This document shows positions 43,199 to 57,578 of a DNA stretch of 64,000 bases, in pieces. The stretch is from Eledone cirrhosa (lineage: Eukaryota), in assembly GCA_964016885.1 (NCBI GenBank), contig OZ024742.1, positions 66,340,001-66,404,000 of the forward strand, written 5' to 3'. The stretch's first letter is position 1, and each line of letters starts with the position of its first letter. Below the pieces are notes generated by a model that made no database searches, had not been told where the DNA came from, and saw only the letters and a program-made list of their open reading frames with translations. The position numbers and the translations under genes are program-made.

Positions 43199-43472
43199 TG
43201 TAATAATAAAAAGGGCGATTGAGTATTGAGTAGTGACATGCATTTCGCAATTGATCATGGTTCGGTCTGAATAAATCTACCCGAGTCTGGAATGAAAAGC
43301 ACGTCGGAGCTGTCACCCTGTCATTACCACAGCAGAACTTGGACGAGTTTTCGATTCCAGAGTCGGGATAGATCGATACAGAACGAACCTTGAGCTGATC
43401 AATAGCGAAACGTGCGTCACTACTCAATAAACGCAATGAAGACATAACAAATCGTCCTTTTATTATTATTAC
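43199..43472. mobile_element. Small foldback of a pLTR end related to 44441-44575
   Basis: 43199-43305 is a deleted reverse complement of 43342-43472, which contains GCGAAACGTGCGTCAC...AATAAA. Confidence 0.65.
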
Positions 43473-43585
43473 ACTCTGCTTAGTTCTGCATCTCTATACT
43501 TAATAGAAATTACTCATAGAGTGCTCACTCTGGTGAGCCTACAGGAACTAGAAGTTACAATCCCCATATATATATATATATGCGG

Positions 43586-43623
<38 letters not shown>

Positions 43624-43679
43624 TATATATACACATATATATGAAGTTTGAAGGAGACCACGACAATGCGAACATTTTT

Positions 43680-43856
43680 TCTACATTTGGCACAAGGCCA
43701 GCAATTACCCAGTGTATTACTGGTACTTTATTTTATCGACCCCGTAAGGATGAAAGGTAAAGTTGACCTCGGCGGAAATTGAACTCAGAATGGAAAGGGC
43801 CGTAATTCTATGCGTCAAAGCATGACATCCGACCCTCTACCGATTCTGCCAATCCA
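43680..43856 (-). mobile_element. Meta-like SINE
   Basis: GGCACAAGGCCAG...CTGGTACTTTATTTTATCGACCCCGTAAGGATGAAAGG...GAACTCAG...CTGCCAATCCAC. Confidence 0.85.
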
Positions 43857-44440
43857 CACGAACCAAGATGTTTGCCTTATTTATGTAAACAAACCTCTAC
43901 ATATCCTATAATATTTATATTGAAAACATGTGCAAAAACATTAGCGTTTGTTGCTAAATCTATATATTCCTGTGCTCTTTACATTTTAACATTACAGTAT
44001 GTACATCTAATACCAATGACACTCATCATCGTTATTCTTTCTCAACTAACCACAGAATTGACATATAAATATTAAGTCATTATCATGTACATATATTCAA
44101 ATAAATACACACACACACTCTCTCTCACTCGTCGTAGCTAACGCACACACGGACACACACAAACGCACAAACACACACACACATATATATACACATTCAC
44201 AAACACATACACACACGCACACACGCACACACACACACACGCACGCACACACACACATATATATATATATACAGGGTGACCCAAAAAACTTCAACAACAT
44301 CGTAATAAATGTCTGTATACATTTATATATATATATATATATATATCCAGGGAGTGTAACCTGGAGTTAATGTAGGTTCACCCGGGAGAACACTCGATAT
44401 TTATGTTCACTTCAGTGTCGATGTGTATATAATCATAAGG

Positions 44441-44525
44441 GGTCTGACGAGTCGTGGGTTACAGACTCGGGCTAGATCGATGCAGATCGAACCTCGAGCT
44501 GATCAGTGGCGAAACGCGCGTCACC
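44441..44525 (+). ncRNA. Minimal type I hammerhead with ~50-nt insertion in loop II, followed by AATAAA
   Basis: GGU CUGACGA GUCGU [50 nt] GUGGC GAAAC GCGC GUC ACC; AATAAA at 44530-44535. Confidence 0.7.
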
Positions 44526-44589
44526 AACCAATAAACGTAATGAAAGAGCAACCAGTGGTCCTTGTTTTATTTAACTATATATATATATA

Positions 44590-45335
44590 AAAGAAAATTG
44601 AGAAATTAATGTGAGCAAGAAGCTAACAGTATTTCATAATATATAAGTGACTATAACGTCAAGATGGAAAATATTTAAGGTAAGATATGGGAAAATAATT
44701 CAATCTCAATTAAAAAAAAGTCAAGACAGAAATTTTTTCCACATATTTTGTGAAATCCAGGGAAAAAACCAATAGAGTCTTAAATTAAGGTTAAATACTT
44801 ATCCTTCAATTTCGAAAAATCTACAAATGCTCTATATAGTTTTAAAAATACTATTTCACGAAACTGTTCAGTGGGGTTAATCACGGTTGGTGTCGTTCAT
44901 CAATAGAGCTCAAACACGATAACCAAAATCACTGCTAAATTATGCCAGAAAGGGAATTTAAAAGCAGGCTAGTTACACCTCGTTTGGAATTAAGATAATA
45001 AACACACATGGAGAACAGGGGTAGTGACGTCAGAATGAGACGAATGACTGTTTACAAGAAACAGCAGTCAAAACATTCCGAAAAAACTCAACAAATGGTA
45101 TGGTGTTCAGCATAAAGCAATATTGTCGCAGTTTTTTTAAAAAGACCGGGATTAGTCACAAATAATTTTAAGCACTCTAGGAAAAATTCCGAGTATAAAT
45201 ATAAGTGAAAATAGAGAAATTAATGTGAACAAGAAGCAAGAAGCCAGCAGTATTTCATAATATATAAGTGACTATAACGTCAAGATGGAAAATATTTAAC
45301 GTGGGAAAAAACGTATGGGATTCAATCTCAATTAA
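44590..45335 (-). mobile_element. HHR family C, one unit plus partial direct repeat (~44590-44715 repeated at ~45205-45335)
   Basis: Colinear and homologous with 58256-59110; flanked by (TA)n. Confidence 0.75.
44829..44909 (-). ncRNA. Type I hammerhead, family C (C3->U)
   Basis: Minus: GCUCUA UUGAUGA ACGA...UCGU GAAA UAGU...ACUA UA UAGAGC. Confidence 0.65.
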
Positions 45336-45467
45336 AATATATATATATATATATATATACAGAAATAGCCGTCGAAACGCCTTGAGCTCTGCTGTCGGGG
45401 TCATACTTTTTCATATATATATATATATATATATAGGAAAAAGTATGACCCGACGGCAGAGCCCAAG

Positions 45468-45514
<47 letters not shown>

Positions 45515-45523
45515 TTAGAAATG

Positions 45524-46200
<677 letters not shown>

Positions 46201-47455
46201 ATATATATGTATATATATATAAATATTAGGTCAAAAATCGCTAGTGTGTTCCAGCTTAACCACCCACCGCCGTAGTTCCCTAAATGGTACTCGATGTTGC
46301 ACTTGTAATAAAAGAAGCAAAAGCTTTTATTTTTTTCAGCTACATTTTCCATTCTATAAAATAGAAAATAAAATATGAGTTGTTAAAATTTGAGTTGGAA
46401 AGGCTTCTTCAGTTATATATATATACTTATATGGGTTTATGCATATGTTCCTGTGATCTCACTATTATATATAACTGTTATTTCTATTTCTCTACATAGA
46501 AAAGAGAGAGGCAAAAAAAATGATCTTTTGCAATTTTCTATGAGGAGTCATCACTGTATAAAGAAATTTGTGAACTTTTCTAGGTGAATCTGTGAATCAG
46601 TAATCGATATCTTTTAACATTTAACATTATCTCTTCCGTTGTATCACGTTTTCGTTTTCTCTACCTTTATTTTCATTCTGTCATATTATTGTTTGTCTTG
46701 TTCTATTTGTTTCTAGTGTCTGATCTCTGTATGTTACTGTCAATTTAATGTCAACCCTGATGGACATTAATGTGAAACGACACATCTTTACTCAGTCAAT
46801 TTCTATTGTACATTTGTTTCCTGCGCTGATAATGACATACGTTGATTGATGCACATAGTGATAAAGTTATGGAAGCTCGACCTTTCAGTTAAGAAGAGAA
46901 TGCTAAACCAATGAAACGCAGATGTTTATGTTTGATACTATTGAATTATTCTTTTAAGATCCATAGTAGAAAGGTAGCAATAGGTAATAGCCCAGCCACC
47001 TAGATAGATGTATGTAGTATATACCTTATTAATGTACAACCCACTTTTGAAAATAGTAGCATGGTAAAATTCACGTGTTTATTTGTATGATTCTACTTAG
47101 ATCCTTCAATCATGTGTTTGATTATGAACATATATTTAAGAATGTAAACCTAAATTCCACAAATCTGAAACAACTGATGAACAGTGGCAACGTAGATTTA
47201 AGAGTTCTATATTCTAATAGTTCAATTCATAAATAGGTTGAATACGAACTTTAATGAAAGAGGACATTGAAAACCAAAGCAGGTAACTTTCAGTTAAAAT
47301 CAAGGTCACCAGAAGAAATGTACAATAAGATAACATGGTCGGAAATATCGGGGCCTATTTGAGTCAGTTTGACCTCCCTGTTTAATATAACAGAGTGATA
47401 CCTAATTCATTCATCTATATCACACATCAAATTATATTCTTTTTCATCTACTAAT

Positions 47456-47665
47456 GGCGGTGGATTGGCTGTACCATTAGAGCGTCAGACATTCTTTGCG
47501 GCATATAATTATGGCCCTTTACGTTCGGAGTTTAAATACAGTTAAGCTTAGCTTTGCCGCTCATCCTTACGTGGTCGATAAAATAAAGTACCAGTAACGG
47601 ACTGGGATCGATTTAATCGTGTTTCTCCTCTCCTAAAATTGTTGGCCTTGTGCCTAAATAAGAAA
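47456..47665 (+). mobile_element. Meta-like SINE, diverged
   Basis: GGCGGTGGATTGGC...CTTTGCC..TCATCCTTACG.GGTCGATAAAATAAAGTACCAG...GGCCTTGTGCCTAAA. Confidence 0.8.
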
Positions 47666-48304
47666 TCCATAATTTTTATCAAATGATTTCCTTCGATTTT
47701 CATAACCACATATGTGAGAGTTCAGGTATTATGCGTGTGTTAGTGATATGCTACGGCAAATAAACAATTTTTATGTCTTCAGACGATGTATCAATTAATT
47801 TAGAGTAGCTGTAATCAGCATGATATTGCTGCCTGCCTCTTTTTATCTGCCCGACTGAGTGAGACTGTTATGAATGTATGTTGTCACGATCATATGATAT
47901 ATAGCTTAATAACTTTACATGTAGTTGCTGACATGGTATCCGTAGTCCAGAAACGTAAAACCATCAACCATGTTACTTATATAGACAATGCCTCCGGGGA
48001 AATCAAGAAAAGATACAGCTATTTACTCAAAGTTTCACATATATTCCATCACATCAATGATTTACAGGGGAAAATGGGAATATTAGTCTCAAATGAATAT
48101 ATGTATGTTTGTAATCATCTATTCAGACACAGACACCACACATACACCCATACACCCAGAAACAGACACACACACACACAAACACACACAAAAATACAAC
48201 ACACACACACACATATATATATTTATATATATAGTATAAAAGAGAAAACACAGGTAAGCTAAGCATTAAGAGAAGGATTTTATCCAGGTATTTACGACCG
48301 TTAT

Positions 48305-48550
48305 GTAACTGCCCTTGCAAACAAGACCTGGCAACTGAGGGAAAGAAACCATCAATACACCCTGAAGTGGAAAAAATTATCGAACGCGACCCCATATCGG
48401 AGTGGTATGAGAAGCTGTCGATTATGCGACCTTGAGCTGTTCCACATCTTGAGTTCGAAGAATAAGTTACTCAACAATAAAATCGAAAGATCAATTTATT
48501 GTAACCATAGACTCAAAGAGAAGTTTTCGCACTACAAATCGAACCCTTAA
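48305..48550 (+). pseudogene. C-terminal half of a Naiad-type GIY-YIG endonuclease (open frame, not in the ORF track)
   Basis: Hand translation: VTALANKTWQLRERNHQYTLKWKKLSNATPYRSGMRSCRLCDLELFHILSSKNKLLNNKIERSIYCNHRLKEKFSHYKSNP*. Shares TALANK.W with 63749-63958. Confidence 0.8.
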
Positions 48551-48772
48551 CCTCTTACTACCAACTGACAAACTGAATATTCTTAGACTTTATACCCTCT
48601 TGTTGTATCTAAACCCTTTTAATTACCCACAAAACCAATAACTATATCCCCCTCTTCTCCCTCATTCCTCTTCTATTTCTTCGTTTTCTTCCTTCCTTCC
48701 CTCCCCTTCTTGGCTATCTTTTCTTTTCTTCTTTCTCGCCCCCTTCTTTGCTCTTAATTTTGTCATTATTAT

Positions 48773-48832
<60 letters not shown>

Positions 48833-48843
48833 GAACAAGTAAC

Positions 48844-48937
48844 ACCCCGACGGCTGAGCTCAAGCCGTTTCGACGGCTAATTCTTGACTGAATGAAAATT
48901 TATTCAGGTATTTAAATAGCCGAGCTTATCAAGGGGT
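48844..48937 (-). ncRNA. Type I hammerhead with U3-A8 core (family A)
   Basis: Minus: ACCCC UUGAUAA G cu CGGCUA...UAGCCG u C GAAAC GGCU UGAGCUC AGCC GUC GGGGU. Confidence 0.8.
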
Positions 48938-49331
48938 AATTCCATATATGGTCAAAGAGATAATCACCAGGATTGGTCACATCACAAGTTAGTAGTAAAT
49001 CTGTGATGTCAAATTGGTGGGGGAAGGGGTAGCTGAACCTGCCGTTAGGAGAAAAAGGGAGAGGGGGTGGAGTAGACCCATTCATGCGTTGGTAGTGCCG
49101 GCTACAGCTGGGTGTGAGGTCAAAGAAGATACTGGGGAGGGGGAGGGGGAGGAAGTCGAAACGGTAAGTAAAACAAAGAAGGGTAAAACTATAAAAAGTA
49201 CTAAGAGAGAAAAAAAATAATCAAAGTCTGGTTACTAAGACTTAAGTCTCTCGCTATTGCTGGGCTAAAAAAATACATAAATAAATAAATAAACAAATAA
49301 GTGAATAAAAGAATAGATAAATAAATAAAAA

Positions 49332-49368
<37 letters not shown>

Positions 49369-49371
<3 letters not shown>

Positions 49372-49926
49372 GTAAGTATGCATGTATACGTACATACATA
49401 TATGTATACAGACGTACAGTAGCATGCACATATTCGTTTTCATTTTGTTTCAATTTATCGTTTTCGGTATGCCTGACCGATTTAACTCACTCAATATGCA
49501 AATTAGGCTGCTCAGCCGTTAATTTTCATAAGGAAAGTATATACTTTCGAACGTTCAACTATCTGGCAGATGGGTAAACGGTGCTGATGATAGCTAACAA
49601 GCTTGAAACTAGTACATCGTTCCTGTGTCAGTGTTGAACAAAAAGGTGACGTGGTTGCCTTAACACCGTATGGCATAAATTCAGGCTGTTCAGTTTATTT
49701 ACAAACGAACAAAGCGACGTTATAATAAGCGCCGCTAAACTGATACGTGCATATATGTATGTGTACCTGTATGCATATGTATGTATATATGTATATATAT
49801 ATATATATATGTGCATGCTACTGTACGTCTGTATACATATATGTATGTACGTATACATGCATACTTACATTTAAGTAAGTGCCATACTAAGAGTGAGAAA
49901 TGAAATTTCGTTTTCATTTTGTTTCA

Positions 49927-49930
<4 letters not shown>
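49369..49930 (+). mobile_element. HHR family B element inserted into the (TA)n of the palindrome's left arm
   Basis: Absent from the right arm; homologous to 25756-26326; has its own inverted ends (AAATGTAAGTATGCATG... / ...CATGCATACTTACATTT). Confidence 0.8.
49577..49621 (+). ncRNA. Minimal type I hammerhead (family B)
   Basis: AACGGUG CUGAUGA U AGCU AACA AGCU U GAAAC UA GUA CAUCGUU; 7-bp stem I, palindromic ACUAGU stem III. Confidence 0.75.
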
Positions 49931-49963
<33 letters not shown>

Positions 49964-50437
49964 GAAGAATAAAAAATAAATAAAAATAAACTAGGTGGGA
50001 CGGAAATAAAGGGACCCTTAAACGAGGTATAAGTGCGTGTATCGTACGGTGACGGGTCAACAAAGGGGGGGGGGGGAAATACTAAAGAGACTACCACGCA
50101 ATAATAAAGGTTTCTACCCCAATCACAGGGCCAGCAACCACCCAGAGCAAGAAAGTAAACTAGTACGAGAATATAATTCAGGGTCCCGTAAAAAAAAATA
50201 CTCGTGCTAACTCTAAGGGTACCCTTAGAGTTAGCACGAGTTTACTTTCTTGCTCTGGGTAGTTGCTGGCCCTGTGATTGGGGTAGATACCTTTATTATT
50301 TCGTGGCAGTCTCTTTAGTATTTTGCCCCCCCCCCCTTTGTTGACCCGTCACCGTACGATACACGCACTTATACCTCGTATAAGGGTCCCTTTATTTCCG
50401 TCCCACCTAGTTTATTTTTATTTATTTTTTATTCTTC

Positions 50438-50475
<38 letters not shown>

Positions 50476-50872
50476 AATTTTTTTTTTTTAAATTTATTTA
50501 TCTATTCTTTTATTCACTTATTTGTTTATTTATTTATTTATGTATTTTTTTAGCCCAGCAATAGCGAGAGACTTAAGTCTTAGTAACCAGACTTTGCTTA
50601 TTTTTCTCTCTCAGTACTTTTTATAGTTTTACCCTTCTTTGTTTTACTTACCGTATTGACTTCCTCCCCCTCCCCAGTATCTTATTTGACCTCGCACCCA
50701 GCTGTAGCCGGCACTACCAACGCATGAATGGGTCTACTCCACCCCCTCTCCCCTTTTCTCCTACCGGCAGGTTCAGCTACCCCTTCCCCCCACCAATTTG
50801 ACATCACAGATTTACTACTAACTTGTGATGTGACCAATCCTGGTGATTATCTCTTTGACCATATATGGAATT

Positions 50873-50964
50873 ACCCCTTGATAACCTCGGCTATTTATAC
50901 CTGAATACATTTTCATTCACTCCAGAATTAGCCATCGAAACGGCTTGAGCTCAGCCGTCGGGGT
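50873..50964 (+). ncRNA. Type I hammerhead with U3-A8 core (family A); base of stem II mutated
   Basis: ACCCC UUGAUAA ccuc GGCUA...UAGCC auc GAAAC GGCU UGAGCUC AGCC GUC GGGGU. Confidence 0.7.
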
Positions 50965-51673
50965 CTTACTTGTTCCTATTACCCTCTCTACTACCCTAAG
51001 TATTGAGTACTTTGGTGCGTTATGGTCCACCTGGTTCCTTACCACATTTCCTTCGTTATATATATATATATATTTATCTCTTTATATCTCACCCCTCTCT
51101 CTCTCTCCCTCTCTATCCCTCCCACCCACTATGATCAATTTAATTCTCTTTAACTCACTACATTCCACGAAATGAAGTCTGCTATCAAAACTGACCAAGG
51201 ATCCTTCCACCTCTACCCCTCCCTCCATCTCAGTTTGTCACTCTACTTCCTACCTCTTCCCCCCTTCCTCTCTCTCTATACTATTCCGTTTGTCCCCACC
51301 TTCTGATTCCTCTCTCTCTATACTAGTAAATACAATTCCAAATAAATGTTTTTCTCTATATATTAAGAATTATTTCAAGAGTAACTTACTCCCTATTTTG
51401 AAAATTTGGACTGTGAACAACAATTATAATTGAGTGGCTGCTATTTGCAGTATAGCAATATAAGGTTGCACTTACCAATGAAACGGTCGTAAATACCTGG
51501 ATAAAATCCTTCTCTTAATGCTTACCTGTGTTTTCTCTTTTATACTTTATACTCCAAGATTGAACGGAATCCTTACAAACTTGTGGAGTTATCCCTAACC
51601 GTACGTTGAAACCATACATGAAACTGGCTTTCTTAACCAAGAACTGGATCACAATAAGCAATGTTTTGCTTCT

Positions 51674-51756
<83 letters not shown>

Positions 51757-52732
51757 TATACATACATATATATACATGCATATATAGTTAGTTGTAACTA
51801 TATATAATTAGTTACAACATGATATATGCAGGCACTTAAGTTTCGTTGGATTATACACCCTAACTCATTCCTCCCGTTATATAAAAATAAAATAAAATGT
51901 TTACCTCCACAGGTTGATTTGAGGTGTTTAGAAAATAGGCGAGAGTTCCTCAGGGGCAGGTATTTTCAAATTTAGCTATAAATAAACAAGTCTTTTAGAT
52001 AGTGTAAAACGAGGTAACTATGAAAAGACCATCCAGGTTTTGAACTTGTGCAAAGTTAGTAATTCAAAGAAATTAAATTCCTTGAAATCAAAATTACTGT
52101 CTGGTCTATACCATTTTCTCAGAATGAATTTCGATACATGTGGGCAGCAACTAAAACAATAAAGGCGGGTATTTAAGCAGCGTTTCTCAGAAGGCAGCTG
52201 TGAGAGTATATTTCAGTTTGAACCCAATACCCACCAAATTGCCAAGCATTATGTTTTAAAAATCAGCATCATAAGTTACAAGCAATATAATCATACACGA
52301 ACACACACATCCACAATGTTCACTGAAAAGCAAACGCCTTCAAACACATCCACAATGTTCACTGAAAAGCAAACTCCTTCATACATATCTACAACTACAT
52401 GCAAATATGGGTAAGTATTCACTATTGTCTGTTTCTATATTTTCGAGTTTTCTCTGACGTATTCTTATAAATTACAACACATACCAAATTGCATACAATT
52501 TTCTTGAAGCGCACATATGAATTCAGAGATAGGCAAATGTAAATATCATCGCATTATGGATCAATCTTTGCATAATCCAATCAGTGTTATGATTTCTACT
52601 TATTGATCTCCCGATTAATATAAGTTTCACCATGCACAAACAATGGCATTTCGAAATATCAATGTATGAATATTTTATATATCAATTTAATTATCTAATA
52701 CACATTTTGTCTATGTACACACACACACACAA

Positions 52733-52763
<31 letters not shown>

Positions 52764-52814
52764 CGTGTGTGTGTATGTGTGCAGCGTGTGTGTGCTCGTT
52801 TCTGTATGATACAT

Positions 52815-52903
<89 letters not shown>

Positions 52904-54377
52904 CATAGAGATATTGTATTATAGTGAGGCATTGTATTATAGTGAGAAAGACAAATTGGTTTTTGGAAGCTGTTGGAATAAAAGGAAAATCTGATGCTGT
53001 GATTCTTTAGAAATTTAACTTGAATTCACCAACCTATATATTTTAATTATCTGCACATTATTCAATTTTCAATATTTGTCTTCTGAGAAAATGCAATGTT
53101 GATAAATTTCCAAAAATATGCGGAAAATTAAATTTTCCTTTTAGCGACAATTCTTTTTTAATATAAAATTCTGAAATAGCTTATTATAAATAAAGAAAAT
53201 ATAATAAACCTATACATATCGTTGCTGGTTCAATGATGGTCGTCATTATACTACCTGCTCAGAAGATCATTTGTAGATTGAGCAAGATGATTGAGAGAGA
53301 ACTTTAAAAAATAAATAAATGACGAAACGCAAAAGTATTTTTTCATAAAATAAATACACTGTAGGTGAAATAGATTAGCCATATTACAGTTACTTAATAA
53401 TTGGAATGCATAACTCCTCTATGGAAGCGGAATTATAAGGTTACTCACGTATGTGCTGCATATACACAGATAATTATTTCATATTTAGACTGCTTAGAAA
53501 ACGAATAAATATATTAAATGACTACAATCACAAGCTCTAATATTATACAATTTAGTACTTTCATTGTATGATACAACACTGTGTGATACGTTACATAGGT
53601 TACATAATTCGATGTGGTTTCTTAGATAATATACATGCCTTATAATGCGGAACTAACAAGTTCCTCAAATTTGTGAAGGTTATTATTTGTTCACTTGTCA
53701 TGCGCATATATATACATCATATTATATGTGTATATACGAAAACTGTGTGTATACATACATACAACAACACAGTCACATACACATCTATACTGTGCATTTA
53801 GACATATAAGACATTATATTCATATCCCTATATATTTATATACATAAATTTGCAAATTTATATGAATATGCTTATATATGTTTTTATGTTTATATATATT
53901 TATATAGATATTTGGACGTGTATATAAATATGCACAAAATATACGTGTGTATGTACGTGTGTATGTATTTACGTTTCAAATCTGGGCGCAAATTACAAGA
54001 AGCACTCGAAATATTAATTTCTTTTGGGAGAGAGAATAGAAATACGTTTTAATCCAGTGACTATTCATAAGCAATTCATTAGTTGCGCGAATTTGAACAA
54101 AGAATACATCATTGGATTGAAACATATACTTACAGATTTAGTCATGCTTACGTTCAGCTTAGCAGCCTGAAGATCTGAGACACATTACAGTTTCATCCAA
54201 TAAACATTTGCTATTCAATCGCCCGTGAATATGAAATTTGCATAAGGCAAAAGCTGTGAGCAGGAATGCTTCTGAAATAGACATCGCTCAATAAACGGAT
54301 GTTTCACAAAATATTCCTTTGATTAATTATATTTATAGATTATTTATGTATGCGCATATATATATATATATGTGTAT

Positions 54378-57367
54378 AAAATTGGTCGTTTTGGAAGCCT
54401 CATCAATGCAGATGGGTATATCTCAGGGTAACAGAATCAGGTGGTAATGAGAGAGATGTAAGAGGAAATGTAAAATGATACGTATAGGATGTAGCAGAAC
54501 GTAGGAAAGAGTGTAAAAATAATAACATGAGATAGAGTTACCTTGGAAGTGATTTAATTGTCCCTATATTTCGGATTTTGCATCCATGAACTGGGGGTTT
54601 TACGAGGGGGAAAGTTTTAGAGGAACAACACGTGGCCTCTGTTGTCTATCGTGTGTGTACAACTGAACTACTCTGTAGGGTGCCCGTGCGCGCGGAATAG
54701 CTGCGGCCAGACAAAGGTCGAGGTAGTTCCTCTGTACTAGAGTAGTGGGATGGTGATGTGTCAGTGCATACGCATCTTCGCTGTCAATTTCTTATATTCA
54801 GTCTTTGATACTGGCAGGTGTGTTGTTGTATTGGTAGTCTGCCTGATTGTTGTTTGTTTGTCGGTGGATGGTGGACACGCTATACACACAATAACAATCG
54901 TTCGATTGCTACTGTGTGTATTGTTGTTGTTTCATTTGTTTACACCAGCCATCTCGTCTCACTTCTCTCGGATCGGTGATTTATTTATGGTCCGAGGCTT
55001 CCTTGATTCTTAAAGTGCCAACGTTGCGTTCTGTCGCTAACACTGTGACGTCTTTGTTTCCGAATTTGGTTATGTGTTTCCGGAAAGACGAGGCCCTTGT
55101 GTTGACGTGCTCCTTGATCTGGACATGAAGTGGCCGGATGGTGCTACCGATGGAGAAGTCGTTGCACTTGTCACATTCTACCTTGTATACGACGTACGTG
55201 CGTAAGCAACAGTTCGTTTGGCGCATTGGACAGTTGCTGAGGGAACACGCGTCAACCAATTTATCGGGTTTCCTGGAGAGGCATCTCCGTAGGGAGGAGC
55301 CCGAGTGGGCCAAGTGGATGTCGAGGCCCTCTCTCCGTATGGCCCTGCGGATAGCATTGGTGGTTTTTTCGCCTAGGTGCGGGATTTTAAAGAAGCACTT
55401 GCCTTGGGTGTTTCTCTGCCTCTTGCGCCTGGTGTCTCTTACTCTGCTTGTAAATGATGCTGCGTATCCGTTCGTCTCCAGCACCCTGAGGAACCGCTTG
55501 GTATGGGCGACACTACACACGTGATCACTGCATCTATTTTTAATCCACGTGATCTCGTTCGTGATGTACCATCTTTTAGCACTGTTAGGGAGGACAGATT
55601 TGTAGTGGACGAACACGTCCCTGCTGGGTGCCTTGCGGTAGAAGCTGGTCTTGATCCCTCCCTGGTCCGTGATGTTGATTCGGAAGTCGAGGAGGGCAAG
55701 GGACCCCTCGTCGTTGGGGCGTTCAACACTGAAGTCAATATTCTCATCGATGTTGCTGAACAACTCGTAAATCCCGTTCGCCATCTCCTGGGAAGATGTG
55801 AGGATGAGGATGTCGTCCACGTATCTTGAGAAGAAGAGAACGGCGTTGGGGTGGCAGGTGTTGAGTGCATTGCGTTCCAGGCTGTCCATGTACGAGATCT
55901 AGCACACCCGACAGGCTTGAGCCCACGGGTAGTCCTGAGCTCTGTCGGTATGTTTGGTCGAGAAAATTGAAATATGTGTTGTCAACGACGACGGATAGGA
56001 GCTGGTGGATGTCAGTGAAGGTGAGCCCGAAGCAGTGTAGGTTGGTAGATTGAACACGTTCTATCAGTATATCAACGGCCGGGAGCGCCGGGACCGAAGT
56101 GTGAAGAGCGGCCACATCAAGGCTGAAGGCCAACCTGTTAGCCATTCGGGTGTCGGGATCCATTTGATGTAGGCGATCCAACACCACCTCGGAGCTGTTT
56201 AAGTGTCCCGGGAAGGTGTCCAGTAGGAGTTTAAGCATTCTGGCTAGGAGCCATGAAATTTTGTAGAGCGGTCCTTCCACGCTCGATACAATAGGCCTGA
56301 TCTTCAGGTCGGATCCCTGTTTGTGTGTTTTCACGAAGTGATAGAAGGCGGGTAGTCTGCTGTTCCTCGTGAGGACGTTGTTTCTAAGCTTCTTGGGGAG
56401 CTTCCGCCGGTCGCAATTGTTGCTCCAGGCAGCGTTGATGTGCTCCTCGATCTGCGCGGGAGTGATCCCTGTGACTTTAGAGTAGGGGCTGGCATCGTTA
56501 AGATGTTGGAGGGCTAGGGTGTTGTAGGCCTCTCTGCTTATGACGCAGAATTCTTTTCCTTTGTCGGAGGGGAGGTAGATGAGGTTCCTCGATTTTAGGT
56601 TGGAGAAAGTAGTGAGTTGAGATTTAGTTAGGTTGTGTGTTGTGCGTCTATGTGTGTGTTTATGTAGGATATCAGAGATGGAGTATTTCAACATGATGAG
56701 TTTAGTTTCGACTTCGTGGCTGGTGGGTTGTGGAGGGGGGGTGCAGTTGGTTGCCGTGGTGGTAAGTGGGGAACTCGAGGCGAGTTGAGTGGGTGCTGTC
56801 ATTTTCCATGGTTCTGTTGATGGCGGTCACCCATTTCAGTTGGTGAGCGGCTCGGCAGAAGTTGGTTTCGAAAGTTGAGTTCAACTCTGTTGTCGAGTCG
56901 CTGTGAGACGATGAACTTGGGTCCGAGGAGTAGAAGTTCCAGCTCGTCGTTCGTGAGGGTGCTGGTTAGGTCGGTGACAAGGTGCGTCGCATAGTTCAGG
57001 TGTGGCTCTGTGTTGGTGGATGCGGCGGTGGCAGTTGTTATGTTCTTGTTTTTTGTGGAGTTTAAGCAAGGTCCACTCATATTTCTGCTTGAGTTTTGTT
57101 TCGTGTTGGACTCTGGAGTGGTAGCACTGGTCGATTGCTTTTGTGGTTTTAAGGAGCAAGTCGCCGGGTATTAGTGTTAAGCGATGTGTATTTTTACACA
57201 CTTTCCTACGTTCTTCTACACCCTATACGTATCATTCTACACTTCCTCTTACATCTCTCTCATTACCACCTGATTCTGTTACCCGGAGATTTACTTATCT
57301 GTATTGTTGACGCTTCCAAAACGACCAATCTTATTATTCCACAATGCTTCAAGCAAACTTTAACACT

Positions 57368-57370
<3 letters not shown>
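54378..57370 (-). mobile_element. Near full-length Penelope-like element (RT + GIY-YIG), frameshifted, with inverted terminal segments (~54381-54521 / ~57189-57329), in (TA)n
   Basis: LLLGPKF, PSDKG, FYHFVKTHK..IRPIVSS, FSLDVAALHTSVP, QSSGLPVGSSLS, RYVDDIL, LLDFRI, FYRK, NGY, VVYKVECDKC..IGST.RPLH..IKEH. Confidence 0.92.
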
Positions 57371-57409
<39 letters not shown>

Positions 57410-57578
57410 GGAGGAGGAAACCCAAACATTGGGTCTCCTCCACACCCTCTCTCTCTTTCTCCTACTGGCAGATTCAGCTACCCCTTCCCTCCACAAATTG
57501 CCATGATAGAATTATTATGTCTCAACAACAAACTTTTGACCAATCCTTGTGACAATAACTTTTACCATATATGGAATT

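Larger units (their letters stand above)
48832..51057. mobile_element. Family A element as a giant spacer-less palindrome centred at 50220/50221
   Basis: 48832-49340 pairs with ~50475-50976 and 49961-50220 with 50221-50440; centre CTCTAAGGGT|ACCCTTAGAG. Confidence 0.9.
48232..51677 (+). mobile_element. Naiad-like PLE 3' fragment with short inverted cap (48232-48302 vs ~51482-51546), interrupted by nested insertions
   Basis: Inverted match AGAGAAAACACAGGTAAGC...GGTATTTACGACCGTT; GIY-YIG coding at 48305-48550; pyrimidine-rich UTR on both sides of the 48776-51070 insert. Confidence 0.7.

Noticed and set aside
44270-44320. TA-CAGGGTG Tc1/mariner-like end
   Set aside because: No partner TIR or transposase found.
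54381-54410. UUGAUGAGG-CUU-CCAAAAC in the PLE end
   Set aside because: GAAA and the UH triplet are missing in both arms, so I do not call it a ribozyme.
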